Part shown: in pieces, positions 1-9,345 of the stretch
Numbering within the stretch: the stretch's first letter is position 1
Layout: every line of letters begins with the position of its first letter
Made by a program: the position numbers and the translations under genes
The notes under the pieces: model-generated
Database searches by the model: none
What the model was told of the DNA's origin: nothing
What the model saw: only the letters and a program-made list of their open reading frames with translations
DNA from: Candidatus Micrarchaeota archaeon
GTDB lineage: Archaea; Micrarchaeota; Micrarchaeia; Norongarragalinales; Norongarragalinaceae
Assembly (NCBI GenBank): GCA_037444485.1
Contig: JBBIMI010000012.1
Span: forward strand, 1-27,353
Direction of reading: 5' to 3'
Length of the DNA: 27,353 nucleotides

Positions 1-72
1 GCAAGCCTTTAAAAATTCTTCCAGCTTCAACACCTCAAAAACAGTATTTCGCGCACTACTGCAAATGCGCCG

Positions 73-237
73 TCCGCGCGTTCTGTCTCGGACAATGCTC
101 GCTCACGCTAGACATGACTTACGCCTCCGGCGGCGCAACATCCGCGCCGCTAAGAAGGCATTATAATCGCAAAGAATTTAGGGTTAATTCATCCGTTGCC
201 TTGAAGGACAACGGATTTCTCAGCCAAACGCATTAAA
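73..237. repeat. Dispersed ~165-nt element, copy 1, with an IS200/IS605-end-like hairpin
   Basis: GGTTAATTCATCCG, hairpin 191-216, then TTCTCAGCCAAACGCATTAAA. It matches 25857-25910. Upstream blocks TCCGCGCG, AGACATGA and CGCAACATCCGCGC also have counterparts in copy 2. Confidence 0.6.
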
Positions 238-793
238 GGTTTAGCAAATTCTTTTTTAAGAAAATATTGCGGTTAGCCAATAGTCCATCAATAAACAATC
301 TTAGAATCTTACTGCGAAATTCTAAATGTACTACGCCAAAAGGTTTAACCTTGTGCTCGCCGACGCCGATTGCTTTCTTTAATATTATCTTGTCAACATC
401 TAAACCGCATTCTATTTTCCAAAAGTTTTTAACTTCAGAAAATGTCTTTTTTGAATTCTCATGCAATTGTATCCAGATTTCGCCAGGGGTAAAACTGAAA
501 AGTTCAAAGAACCGTAAGGCTTCTGCGATTATTTTTGGTTTACTATTAATAACTTTGACATTTCGTCTTGTTTTAGTTCCCTCACCGACATATATTCCCA
601 ACCCGCGTAAAAACGTTTCAGAAACTTTTATTCTCTGTGGTAAAATTACTGGTTTAGGGGATTCACCCACTCGATTTTCATAAAAAATGATTACATTGCT
701 AGCGCTTTTAGTATAGAATAATTTGGAATTAGTATAAGACATGCCAGTAAAAACTTTCAGAACATTTAGAAACCATGCGCCGTCGCGTTTCAC
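233..793 (-). CDS. Free-standing LAGLIDADG-like protein
   Basis: GLGIYVGEG followed by VKVINSKP resembles a single LAGLIDADG-type helix/strand motif. The region is AT-rich. The start is uncertain (GTG 793 or a later ATG). Confidence 0.6.
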   Translation of the reverse strand: MKRDGAWFLNVLKVFTGMSYTNSKLFYTKSASNVIIFYENRVGESPKPVILPQRIKVSETFLRGLGIYVGEGTKTRRNVKVINSKPKIIAEALRFFELFSFTPGEIWIQLHENSKKTFSEVKNFWKIECGLDVDKIILKKAIGVGEHKVKPFGVVHLEFRSKILRLFIDGLLANRNIFLKKNLLNL

Positions 794-901
794 TAATAAA
801 TCACCATCAGATTCGCTGAGGGGCGCTGCGGCAGATTTGTTTATGAGCCGAGCGTCAAATTCAATGCTGTCTTTAACTTATTCTCCCAAGCGAATTAAGG
901 A

Positions 902-1129
902 TTAAATATCATCGTTGAAGAAGCCGAATGCCTGAAAAACTTTTTCTTGAATTTTTGGTGAAGGAACCTTATTCTTTCTAATCCAGTTATGAATTGCGTG
1001 ATATGATCTATAGCCAAGCTCCGACGCTAATTGCTGTTGCGTCAAATGATTTCGGCTTAATAAGCCTATAATGAAATAAGCCAAGCCCAAAAAGGGTTTG
1101 CGATAACCTTTTGAATTGTCGTAATACAA
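902..1129 (-). CDS. Possible small Cro/C1-type HTH protein
   Basis: The 3' part of ORF 902..1459 reads LTQQQLASELGYRSYHAIHNWIRKNKVPS, an XRE-like HTH. The 5' part is antisense to the ERCC4 gene, so the start is guessed at a TTG. Confidence 0.45.
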   Translation of the reverse strand: MYYDNSKGYRKPFLGLAYFIIGLLSRNHLTQQQLASELGYRSYHAIHNWIRKNKVPSPKIQEKVFQAFGFFNDDI

Positions 1130-1234
1130 AGATATAAAATGCGGTTTATAAACTTCTCTCGACAGTAGGCTGCCGGTGAATTTTTTTAGAGGAAACAAAA
1201 GGCAATCATCGGCAAAACAACTGGTGAAGAAAAC

Positions 1235-1930
1235 TTGGAAGAAATAGTTTTCGACAAGGAACTCAAGAAAGTCCAAGTTTTTGCGGACGACCGTGAAGTT
1301 GGCGGAGCCACGTTCAAAAAACTCTTGAAACTCGGGGCAGTGATTAAGCCAGTCCGCCTGCTCGTCGGCGACTTTATTGTCAGCGAACGCGTCGGCGTGG
1401 AACGCAAGACAGCGGCAGACTTCGAGGCAAGCATTATTGACGGGCGTTTGTTCACGCAAGCAGCTGAGTTAAAAAACCATTTTGAGTGCCCGCTGTTCGC
1501 GCTCGTGGGCGACGACTTCGAGAGAATCCACCCGAAAGCGTTGCGCGGCGCCTTCATCGCGCTCGTTGTCGACTACAAGATTCCTTTACTGTTCTTCGAA
1601 ACCGACGAAGAACTCGGCGAATTCCTTTACGCGCTCGCGGAACGCGAGCAGCTGCTCGAACGCGGCGAGAAAAAGCTTCGTTTCGAAAAACGCTTGATGC
1701 CCGTGCGCGAGCAACAGTTGTTCGTGGTGGAGAGCTTGCCGCTCATCGGCCCGAAGAACGCGCGCAACCTGCTGGCGCACTTCGGAAGCATTGAAAACAT
1801 CGTGAACGCCGACAAAAAAGAGTTGACTAAAGTCAGGGGAATAGGTGAAGTCAGGGCTCGCGAGATAAAAAAAGTGCTTTCCGCTAAGTATGTTTCAACC
1901 AACCATGCCGAAAAAGAGAAAGAAGAATAA
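1235..1930 (+). CDS. xpf: ERCC4-domain structure-specific endonuclease (short XPF type) with C-terminal HhH2
   Basis: DDRE, GDF and ERKT..DF..SIIDGRL..Q motifs, plus LPLIGPK and VRGIG HhH hairpins. GGTGA SD precedes the TTG start. Confidence 0.9.
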   Translation: MEEIVFDKELKKVQVFADDREVGGATFKKLLKLGAVIKPVRLLVGDFIVSERVGVERKTAADFEASIIDGRLFTQAAELKNHFECPLFALVGDDFERIHPKALRGAFIALVVDYKIPLLFFETDEELGEFLYALAEREQLLERGEKKLRFEKRLMPVREQQLFVVESLPLIGPKNARNLLAHFGSIENIVNADKKELTKVRGIGEVRAREIKKVLSAKYVSTNHAEKEKEE

Positions 1931-1965
1931 CTCACATAACTCGCGGAGAACACTGGATTTTGAAT

Positions 1966-2403
1966 TCAGCCGAATGCCGGCGCTTCGTAACGGAATTCCA
2001 GTGAAACGTTTTTCGTTAACAAAAACGAACTGACGCCGACTGGCGCTAGCTGGCCGTCAACGTAATACTGCCAGTACTTTCCGGTTTTCGAGTCTTCAAG
2101 CAACCCGTTGATTCCGGTGACGTAAATCCCGTAAACCGGGTGCATGGTGTAAGACAAGTTTGCCGCTGCTTTGAAAGCGTCGAAAGCAGTCGAACCGTTT
2201 TTGACGTAAACTGTTTTCGAAACTACTCCAGAACCGTTGTTCACTGAAACGATTACACCCAGCAGCCCTGCCTCGCCAACAGGCCCAACAGGCTTTCCTG
2301 TTTGATCAAGGCAGCCTGCTAAGAGAAAGGCTAATGAAAACAAGAAAAACGCCGGCAAACCCGGCGGCAAACCAAAAATTTTTTTTGTTTTGCTTGAATA
2401 CAC
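1966..2403 (-). CDS. DUF4430-like secreted or lipoprotein
   Basis: Hydrophobic stretch plus LAGC lipobox; YGIYVTGING and YWQYYVDG...VG motifs. Confidence 0.75.
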   Translation of the reverse strand: MYSSKTKKIFGLPPGLPAFFLFSLAFLLAGCLDQTGKPVGPVGEAGLLGVIVSVNNGSGVVSKTVYVKNGSTAFDAFKAAANLSYTMHPVYGIYVTGINGLLEDSKTGKYWQYYVDGQLAPVGVSSFLLTKNVSLEFRYEAPAFG

Positions 2404-2429
2404 GAATTAACCTCTCACGCTGCCTTCAA

Positions 2430-3107
2430 TTATTCGCTTAACTGAAAATTGTCGTAAAACTTTTTTGTGGGCTTCAACAAACGCGTGTTACCGTGTTTTT
2501 GCGCTTCTAAATAACCGGCTTCCTTTAACTCGTGAACGTAAGCATAGATTTCCCCCTTGAAGTACTTCGGCAATTCCTTTTGCAGCAACTGTTTTTTCTT
2601 CGCGACTAGAGCTAGAATCCGCGTCGCCTTGCGACTCAAGTCGATTTGTTTTGAAAGCCGCGATACTTTACTCAAGAACTTTGCGCGCACTTGCAGCGAC
2701 ACGACGTCGCCATTCACAACCATCTCGAAAGCGTTGCCGTTAGCATCGTAACGCGCGCGCAGTTCTTCGACGAGCTTCACGCACTCGTTTTTGCTGACTC
2801 CGACTATCTCGCTCAAACTCGCGATTGTAAGCGGCTTGTTTGCTAGGAAAAGCGCTGCTTCCAGAACGCTTGCCGGCGGGAGTTCGGCTCGCTCGCTTTC
2901 AGTAACCAAGTCTTCAAGCACAGGTTTAGCTCCGGATTTAGCTCCAGGTTTAGCTTCGGTTTCTTCGCGCGCGGCGTTATCTACAGTGTTTTCAAGCCCG
3001 TCCTCAGCGTCTTCAAACTCGCCTTCTTCCAGAACACTTGATTCCGCATCCGCGTTTTCGTCCACGAGTTCAAGTTTATGGTTTTCAGGTTTACGGTTTT
3101 CAGGCAA
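2430..3107 (-). CDS. scpB: SMC-Scp complex subunit ScpB
   Basis: LEAALFLANKPLT, tandem winged-helix pattern and C-terminal TKKFYDNF; acidic N-terminal extension. Confidence 0.85.
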   Translation of the reverse strand: MPENRKPENHKLELVDENADAESSVLEEGEFEDAEDGLENTVDNAAREETEAKPGAKSGAKPVLEDLVTESERAELPPASVLEAALFLANKPLTIASLSEIVGVSKNECVKLVEELRARYDANGNAFEMVVNGDVVSLQVRAKFLSKVSRLSKQIDLSRKATRILALVAKKKQLLQKELPKYFKGEIYAYVHELKEAGYLEAQKHGNTRLLKPTKKFYDNFQLSE

Positions 3108-3374
3108 GAGTAAACACCTTCAACCAAAGTTTGACTAAAGTTTTTGGTCTTCGCTTTTGCGGTCAACCGTATAAAGTCAACTAAGTCAACTGTCTAAGGT
3201 TTGGTTTAAGAATTATTTTGTGGCAAGGAAAGTATTTTTAAGTTTCGCCTTCAAAAAAAACATTGGCTGCGTTTAACTACTTTGTTTTCAAACGCAGACT
3301 AACTAGTAACCGGCTCTGCGAAAAAAATTTTCGAACCCGGCGAAAAAAACGAAAAATAGGGAGTTGAAGCGCTA

Positions 3375-3977
3375 ATGGCTGAAAGGACTATTGAACTATT
3401 GATTCCACAAGAAAAATACTTGAGTGCGGGCGCGCACATCGGAACGCGCACAAAAAACGGAACAATGCGCGAATTCATTTACAAAACGCGTGAAGACGGG
3501 CTGCATGTTCTCGACTTGAAAAAACTAGACAACCACATCCGCGCGGCTGCAGCGCTGCTCGCAAAGTATGAGCCTGAAAAGGTTTTCGTTGTAGGCAGCA
3601 AGGAAAACGCCAAGCAAGCGTTAAAGAAAATGAGCGAGTATACTGGATTTCATGCTTTAATAGGGCGTTTTACTCCCGGGCGTTTCACTAATCCTTCACG
3701 CAGCGACTTCGTCGAACCAGAAGTAATCCTCGTAATCGACCCAAACGTCGACAAGCAAGCAGTCAAGGAAGCATTCTACATCAACATTCCCGTAATCGCG
3801 TTGTGCGACACTAACAACAACACGAAGTACGTTGAATTCGTCATTCCAACCAACAACAAGGGACGAAAAGCCATTGCTTTAATAATCTGGCTTTTAACCC
3901 GCGAAATCCTGAAAAATAAGGGTGCTCTGCAGAACGATGAAGATTTTGCAGCAGCGCCTGAAGACTTTGAAGCTTGA
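3375..3977 (+). CDS. rps2: 30S ribosomal protein uS2 (archaeal type)
   Basis: YLSAGAHIG, GRFTPGRFTN, IPVIALCDT and IPTNNKG motifs. Confidence 0.97.
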   Translation: MAERTIELLIPQEKYLSAGAHIGTRTKNGTMREFIYKTREDGLHVLDLKKLDNHIRAAAALLAKYEPEKVFVVGSKENAKQALKKMSEYTGFHALIGRFTPGRFTNPSRSDFVEPEVILVIDPNVDKQAVKEAFYINIPVIALCDTNNNTKYVEFVIPTNNKGRKAIALIIWLLTREILKNKGALQNDEDFAAAPEDFEA

Positions 3978-4024
3978 CCTGATTCACTTCAAACTTTTTC
4001 AAAGCCTTCAATTTTTCAAAGCCG

Positions 4025-5095
4025 TCAAACTTCCCTCTCAATCGAGTAATCAGCGAAAGCCTTCAAAACGCGTTTCGACTCCCTTTCCTTCAACACTTTA
4101 TCTACGTCCTTCCACGCTCCGCGCACGAGTTTCCTCGCGAATTCGCGAGCGTACTCGAACGCGCCGCTTTTCTTTATTAAGGCAATCGCTTCGTTTATCG
4201 TCGTTTGGTTTGAAGTGTGCGAGTCGAGAATTTCACGCAAGCGGTTTGCTTCCTTCTGCGGGAGTTTTTCAAGAGCGTGAATTACGAGAAGAGAGCGCTT
4301 GCCTTCATGCACGTCTTCGCCAACGCCTTTGAGTTCGCCGAACTTTTCGCCCACAAGGTTGAGAATGTCGTCTTGAATCTGGAACGCGATGCCTATGGAC
4401 TCGGCAAACTTGCCGAGCGCTTCGATTTGCGCGGCGCTTCCACCACCGAAAAGCGCGCCTAGTTTCCCGCTCAAGCGCGCGAGCGTGCCGGTCTTGTAAG
4501 CACACATTTGCAGGTATTGTTTTTCGTGCGGCCGCGCGCGGCCTTTATGCCACCAGATGTCGAAGCCTTGACCAAAGTGGATGTTAATCATTTCTTGTGC
4601 GTAGATTTCGAAGGCTTTTTCTTTAAGCGCTTGCGGGAAATCGTTTTTCAAAATCGCGTTGAGGGGAAGGAAGTACAATACGCTGCCAGCGTTTAACGCC
4701 ACGTCAACGCCGTAAATCTTGTGCAGGCAAGGTTTCCCCCTCCGCAATTGCGAGTCGTCTTCAATATCGTCTTGAATAATGCTGCCGTTGTGGATTATTT
4801 CGCACAATGCAGCTAACTCTATTATTTTCTCGTTTGGTTTCCTGCCGCTCACCGCCTCGTAAACGATTAGAAGCAAGGCAGGCCTCCAGCGTTTTCCGCC
4901 GCGGTCGAGAAAATTCCATATTGGTTTGCTGAGCGCGTTGGTCGCGGTTTCCACGTCGTACTCGTAACGCGGTTTGCCGCAAACGAACTCCATTTTCTCT
5001 GCATCAAACCTTCTAGGAATCAGTTTCTCGATAGCCGCGTCAATCGCTGGCTTTTTTTCGTTAAGCACTGAAACAATGTCTATTTTTTCCGCCAA
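4025..5095 (-). CDS. idsA: Polyprenyl (GGPP-type) diphosphate synthase
   Basis: GGKRWRP, DDIEDDSQLRRG (FARM), YKTG, FQIQDD (SARM) and EDVHEGK motifs. Confidence 0.92.
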   Translation of the reverse strand: MAEKIDIVSVLNEKKPAIDAAIEKLIPRRFDAEKMEFVCGKPRYEYDVETATNALSKPIWNFLDRGGKRWRPALLLIVYEAVSGRKPNEKIIELAALCEIIHNGSIIQDDIEDDSQLRRGKPCLHKIYGVDVALNAGSVLYFLPLNAILKNDFPQALKEKAFEIYAQEMINIHFGQGFDIWWHKGRARPHEKQYLQMCAYKTGTLARLSGKLGALFGGGSAAQIEALGKFAESIGIAFQIQDDILNLVGEKFGELKGVGEDVHEGKRSLLVIHALEKLPQKEANRLREILDSHTSNQTTINEAIALIKKSGAFEYAREFARKLVRGAWKDVDKVLKERESKRVLKAFADYSIEREV

Positions 5096-5204
5096 GACGA
5101 ACCACCTTGTTTTCGAAAGTTTTCAAAACGATTTATAATATTGATAGCATATTAGTTTCAATAAACAATAAAATATAAACTTGATTGCGTGATTGTAAAC
5201 AAGG

Positions 5205-6920
5205 ATGCTGGTGAAAGTGTTGACGAGTTTAAAGCGAATAGTTTTAAAGCACGCGTTAAAGAACGCGTTAGATTACGGCAAGGCTGACGCGAAGGCGGTA
5301 GTCGGCAAAGTGTTTGCCGAAGCGCCTGAAGCAAAGAAAGACGTGAAGAAAACAATGCTGCTCGTCGAAGAAACAGTTGCGGAAGTCAACAAACTGCGGC
5401 ACACAAAAATCGAAGAACAAGCCGCCAAGTTCGAGTACGTTGAAAAAAGCGGGGAAGAAAGCGAAAAACAAATCCGCCTCGAAAACGCTGTTCGTGGCAA
5501 AGTCGTAACGCGTTTTCTCCCTGAACCGAACGGGTTTGCACACTTGGGCCACGCGAAAGCCGCATGGCTTTCAGCTGAAGCGGCTCGACAGTACGACGGC
5601 AAAGTCATACTGCGTTGGGATGACACGAATCCGGAGAAAGAAAAACAAGAATTCGTTGAAGCGATTCGTGAAGACTTAAAGTGGCTTGGACTCGAGTTCG
5701 CGCGCGAGAGCTTCACTTCAGACTTCATGCCGCGCTTTTACGAATTCGCAGAAAAACTAGTAAAGCAAGGTGACGCTTACGTTTGCTATTGCTCGCGAGA
5801 GGAAATAACTAGAAACCGCGAGTTACAGAAACCCTGCGGGCACAGGAACGCTTGCGTTAAGGAAAACCTTGAAGCTTGGGAGAAAATGGTTGCAGGAAAA
5901 TTCCGGGAAGGAGAAGCAATTTTAAGGTTGAAGGCGGACTTGAACGCATTGAACACGGTAATGCGCGACCCGACCTTGTTTCGAATGATTTTCACGCCTC
6001 ACTACCGCCAGAAAAAAAAATATAAGGCTTGGCCAACTTACGATTTTGAAGTAAGCATTTCCGACTCGCTCGATGGAGTGACGCACGCGCTCCGCAGCAA
6101 AGAATACGAATTGCGCGACGAATTGTATTACTATATTATAGACAAGCTTGGCTTGCGTAAGCCAATTATTTACGATTTTTCGCGTTTAAACATTCGCGGA
6201 ACCACGCTCAGCAAACGCTTTCTCCGTCCACTCATTGAAGAAGGCAAAGTTTGGGGTTGGGATGACCCGCGCCTGCCGACAATCAGGGGCCTACGCAGAC
6301 GCGGCATCCTGCCTGAAGCAATCAAGGCATTCGTTTTAAGCTTCGGCTTGAGTAAAGTCGAAAGCGAGCCAGGCTGGGACGCGTTACTTGTGGAAAACCG
6401 TAAGCTACTCGACCCGATTGCTGAACACTATTTCTTCGTCGAAAAACCAGTCAAGCTCGCAGTAGAAAAAGCGCCTGAAAAACCTAGTATTGCGAGGTTA
6501 CCGAAACACTCGACGAAAAATGGCGAACGATTAATCAAGCACGAAAATGAGTTTTTCGTGCAGGAAAGCGACTTGAAGAAGATTAGAAAAGGCGAGGTTT
6601 TTCGCTTGAAAGACTTGTACAACGTCAAACTACTAGATTACTCTAAAAACAAGGCGAAAGGCGAGTACGCGGGCAGCGAGTTGATTGAAGGAAAAAAAAT
6701 ACAATGGGTTTCAACACTCGAATTCGAGAAAGCAGAACTCATTGAGGTAAGCGACTTGTTTATCGACGAGAAATTCAATGAAAAAAGCCTGCAAACGCGT
6801 AAAGGCGTGTGCGAGAAAGCTTGCGCCCGCTTGAAGCAAGGAACCATCATTCAATTCGAGAGAGTCGGCTTCGCGCGCTTGGACGACGAAAAACAAATGC
6901 GCTTCATCCTCTCAAGCTGA
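5205..6920 (+). CDS. gltX: Glutamate--tRNA ligase (archaeal type)
   Basis: RFLPEPNG.HLGH (HIGH), RWDDTNP, LSKR (KMSKS-like), GWDDPRLPT and QFERVGF motifs. Confidence 0.96.
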   Translation: MLVKVLTSLKRIVLKHALKNALDYGKADAKAVVGKVFAEAPEAKKDVKKTMLLVEETVAEVNKLRHTKIEEQAAKFEYVEKSGEESEKQIRLENAVRGKVVTRFLPEPNGFAHLGHAKAAWLSAEAARQYDGKVILRWDDTNPEKEKQEFVEAIREDLKWLGLEFARESFTSDFMPRFYEFAEKLVKQGDAYVCYCSREEITRNRELQKPCGHRNACVKENLEAWEKMVAGKFREGEAILRLKADLNALNTVMRDPTLFRMIFTPHYRQKKKYKAWPTYDFEVSISDSLDGVTHALRSKEYELRDELYYYIIDKLGLRKPIIYDFSRLNIRGTTLSKRFLRPLIEEGKVWGWDDPRLPTIRGLRRRGILPEAIKAFVLSFGLSKVESEPGWDALLVENRKLLDPIAEHYFFVEKPVKLAVEKAPEKPSIARLPKHSTKNGERLIKHENEFFVQESDLKKIRKGEVFRLKDLYNVKLLDYSKNKAKGEYAGSELIEGKKIQWVSTLEFEKAELIEVSDLFIDEKFNEKSLQTRKGVCEKACARLKQGTIIQFERVGFARLDDEKQMRFILSS

Positions 6921-7612
6921 CTGCTTTTTAACTTTAAACTTTTAAACTTTTCGAGAATAAAGCAAAGGTTGTGCGCGCCGCTTCGCGCAGTTTTCACGCC
7001 GTTCTTCTCGTAAAACAATTCGCGAACGCGGAAACCGTGCGCGCGCGCGAGCGCGCGGATTTCTTTTTCTTCAAAAAAATAGTAGTAGCGTTTTAATTTA
7101 GTGTCTTTCCACTTGACGAGCGTGCTTTTGTTTTTTAGTTTTTTGAAGCGCGGCTGGTTTTTATTCCAAACGCTTGCAAAAACAAGCGCGCCCGGCTTCA
7201 AAACGCGGTTCATTTCCTTGAACGCTGCGCGCTGTTCACGACCAGGCCGCAAGTGGTGTAGCACCGCGATGTAGAAAGCAGCATCGAACGCTTGATTGTT
7301 GAAAGGCATTCTCGTAAAATCGGCTTTCACGAAATCAATGTTTTTCGCATTTTCAGCGCGCGCGTTTTCTTGCGCGCATTCAAGCATTTTTTTAGAAAAA
7401 TCAAGGCAAACCACGTGGTTCGCATGCCGCGCGATTTCAATCGCGTTGTTAGCGTTCCCGCAGCCTGCATCGAGAACAACCCAATTTTTTTTAATGAAGG
7501 GGAGGAAGAGTTTAAGCCATTCGCGTGGTTGTTTGCGCGCCTCGTCGCGCTCGCGAGCTATCGCATCGTAAGTTTTCTCTAACACTGGGGCTTTAATGTT
7601 TGAAGCTTTCAT
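6851..7612 (-). CDS. Class I SAM-dependent methyltransferase, Trm9/ALKBH8-like
   Basis: VLDAGCGNA, IAVLHHL and RYYYFF motifs. Likely ATG start at 7612. The 3' end overlaps gltX by 70 nt. Confidence 0.8.
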   Translation of the reverse strand: MKASNIKAPVLEKTYDAIARERDEARKQPREWLKLFLPFIKKNWVVLDAGCGNANNAIEIARHANHVVCLDFSKKMLECAQENARAENAKNIDFVKADFTRMPFNNQAFDAAFYIAVLHHLRPGREQRAAFKEMNRVLKPGALVFASVWNKNQPRFKKLKNKSTLVKWKDTKLKRYYYFFEEKEIRALARAHGFRVRELFYEKNGVKTARSGAHNLCFILEKFKSLKLKSSQLERMKRICFSSSKRAKPTLSN

Positions 7613-7704
7613 GTAGAGAGTTTTGCTGCAAAAGAAATTAAAACTTGCGCGCGCTTTTGAAATAAGCAATGCTTTTGAATAAGCAATAATTTAAGTGGTA
7701 TTAA

Positions 7705-8208
7705 ATGAATAAAACTGTTTTTTACTTGACCGCGTTCGCCGTATTGGCGGCAGTCGCTTATTTTGCTTACGGTGACGTAAAAGAAACACAGTTTCAAGCC
7801 AGCGCGTGGATGGATCCTGTGGTAACGCGCGAGGAATTCGCAGCGCTAGACTGGATTCGCGTTAACACTCTTGAACGCGCTGTTTTCGTCACAGATATTT
7901 TCGGCGGAGAACTCATAATGGGTGAAACGCTGCGTGAAGGCGTTGAAGGAGGGGATTGGGCTGTCGTGCCGAACGTAGTACAACGCATGAATGACGTGCA
8001 ATACAAGTTTTACGGCAGTTCAAGCGCGAAGGAAGCGTGGAACACGGCGCGAAAATACGGCGCGGAGTACGCTTGGATTCCGAACCGCAGGATTTTCGCT
8101 GGCTACGAATGGAAGCATCCTCTTGAGAAAAACGTGGAATTCGACAACTCGACGTTTTTCGAAAAAGTTTTCGATAACGGCGTTAAGATTTACAGGGTAA
8201 AACAGTAA
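7705..8208 (+). CDS. Membrane-anchored protein resembling the soluble C-terminal domain of GT-C/AglB-like glycosyltransferases
   Basis: N-terminal TM helix. AALDWIRVNT...VFVTD, KYGAEY and FEKVFDN...KIYRV parallel the C-terminus of ORF 9342..11249. Confidence 0.7.
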   Translation: MNKTVFYLTAFAVLAAVAYFAYGDVKETQFQASAWMDPVVTREEFAALDWIRVNTLERAVFVTDIFGGELIMGETLREGVEGGDWAVVPNVVQRMNDVQYKFYGSSSAKEAWNTARKYGAEYAWIPNRRIFAGYEWKHPLEKNVEFDNSTFFEKVFDNGVKIYRVKQ

Positions 8209-8235
8209 AGCAAAGTAGTAAAGCGAGTTTGAAAG

Positions 8236-9345
8236 TTGAAAACGTGGTTTAGTTTGAAGGAAGAAAGCAGGAAGTACGTTGCTGCCGCTTGCATTCTCGC
8301 GGCTGTTGCATTGAGTTTATATACCCATGCGATGGTCTTCAGCGAGTGGCACATGCCGACTTACGGCAACACCATGATTCACGTCGCTAACGCGAGGCAC
8401 CTAGTAGAACACGGTTATTACCCGCTTGAAAACGATTATTCTTACGGCGGCGGGATTCCAAACATTTACGTCCCAATTTACCGCTTCCTTGCAGCAGAAC
8501 TCGTAACGCTCACGGGCTTGAGTTTTGACTTGATTAGTAGAATTATTGTAGTAATGTTCGCCGCGCTCGTTCCCCTCGCGTTTTACTCTCTCGGCAAGGC
8601 CTTGTTCAACGATTTAGTTGGCGTGCTCGCTGCTTTCTTCGCCTCGCTCGTGCCTGAACTGCTTATTTACACTGTGCGCCCGCTGCCGCAAGGCTTGGGG
8701 CTCGCACTCCTGCCGCTGGGTTATTATTTTTTATTCAAACAAAAAAAATGGGGGGCGCTAGCTTTCGCCGCACTGGTTTCCCTCTCGCATCAGGAAGCAG
8801 GATTCGTTTACGCAGCCAGCGTTTTCACGGTGTTCGCTGCTTTAACAATTGTTGAAAGCGTTAAAGCAAGGAAACTCGTTGTTTCGAAGCTTGCTTTGCT
8901 TGCGTTGAGCGCTTGGCTAGTTGCAGTCTTCGTTTACCTCGGCTGGCAGTTTGCTTCATTCGGCGACCCCAACATTTTCAAGCTAGCTCAATTCACGCAG
9001 CACGAGGGCGGCAAAGTCTCATTCGACTTGCTTTACTCTAAAACAGGTAAGGTGGTGACAGCGCTTTCAGTAATTGGCGTAATCGCGTTGTTTGCAACCG
9101 GGTTTAGGAAACTAGTTCACGGCAAAGAAGTTGAAAAAGAAGTTTTTATCCTAGCGCTTTTCATAACCGGGATTATACTTGTTAAAAACGATTTGATTGG
9201 CTTAAATGTTTTCATGGACAGGTTTATCGTGTTTCTCAACCAAGCAATGATTCTCGCTGCGGCCTTCGCGCTCGCCTTCGCGCTTGACGTTACAGAAAAA
9301 ATTTCTAGAGGCGTGAAAACGCCGCAAGCGCTTGAATTCGGTTAA
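8236..9345 (+). CDS. Multi-pass membrane protein, GT-C/PMT-like glycosyltransferase membrane domain
   Basis: About 9-10 hydrophobic segments, with an N-terminal external loop (..H..AR....G..P...Y.P) typical of GT-C folds. Confidence 0.7.
   Translation: MKTWFSLKEESRKYVAAACILAAVALSLYTHAMVFSEWHMPTYGNTMIHVANARHLVEHGYYPLENDYSYGGGIPNIYVPIYRFLAAELVTLTGLSFDLISRIIVVMFAALVPLAFYSLGKALFNDLVGVLAAFFASLVPELLIYTVRPLPQGLGLALLPLGYYFLFKQKKWGALAFAALVSLSHQEAGFVYAASVFTVFAALTIVESVKARKLVVSKLALLALSAWLVAVFVYLGWQFASFGDPNIFKLAQFTQHEGGKVSFDLLYSKTGKVVTALSVIGVIALFATGFRKLVHGKEVEKEVFILALFITGIILVKNDLIGLNVFMDRFIVFLNQAMILAAAFALAFALDVTEKISRGVKTPQALEFG

Noticed and set aside
1..36. Start of a minus-strand gene running off the window (GAGGTG then LKLEEFLKAC)
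   Set aside because: Only about 10 codons are visible, so neither the start nor the identity can be supported.
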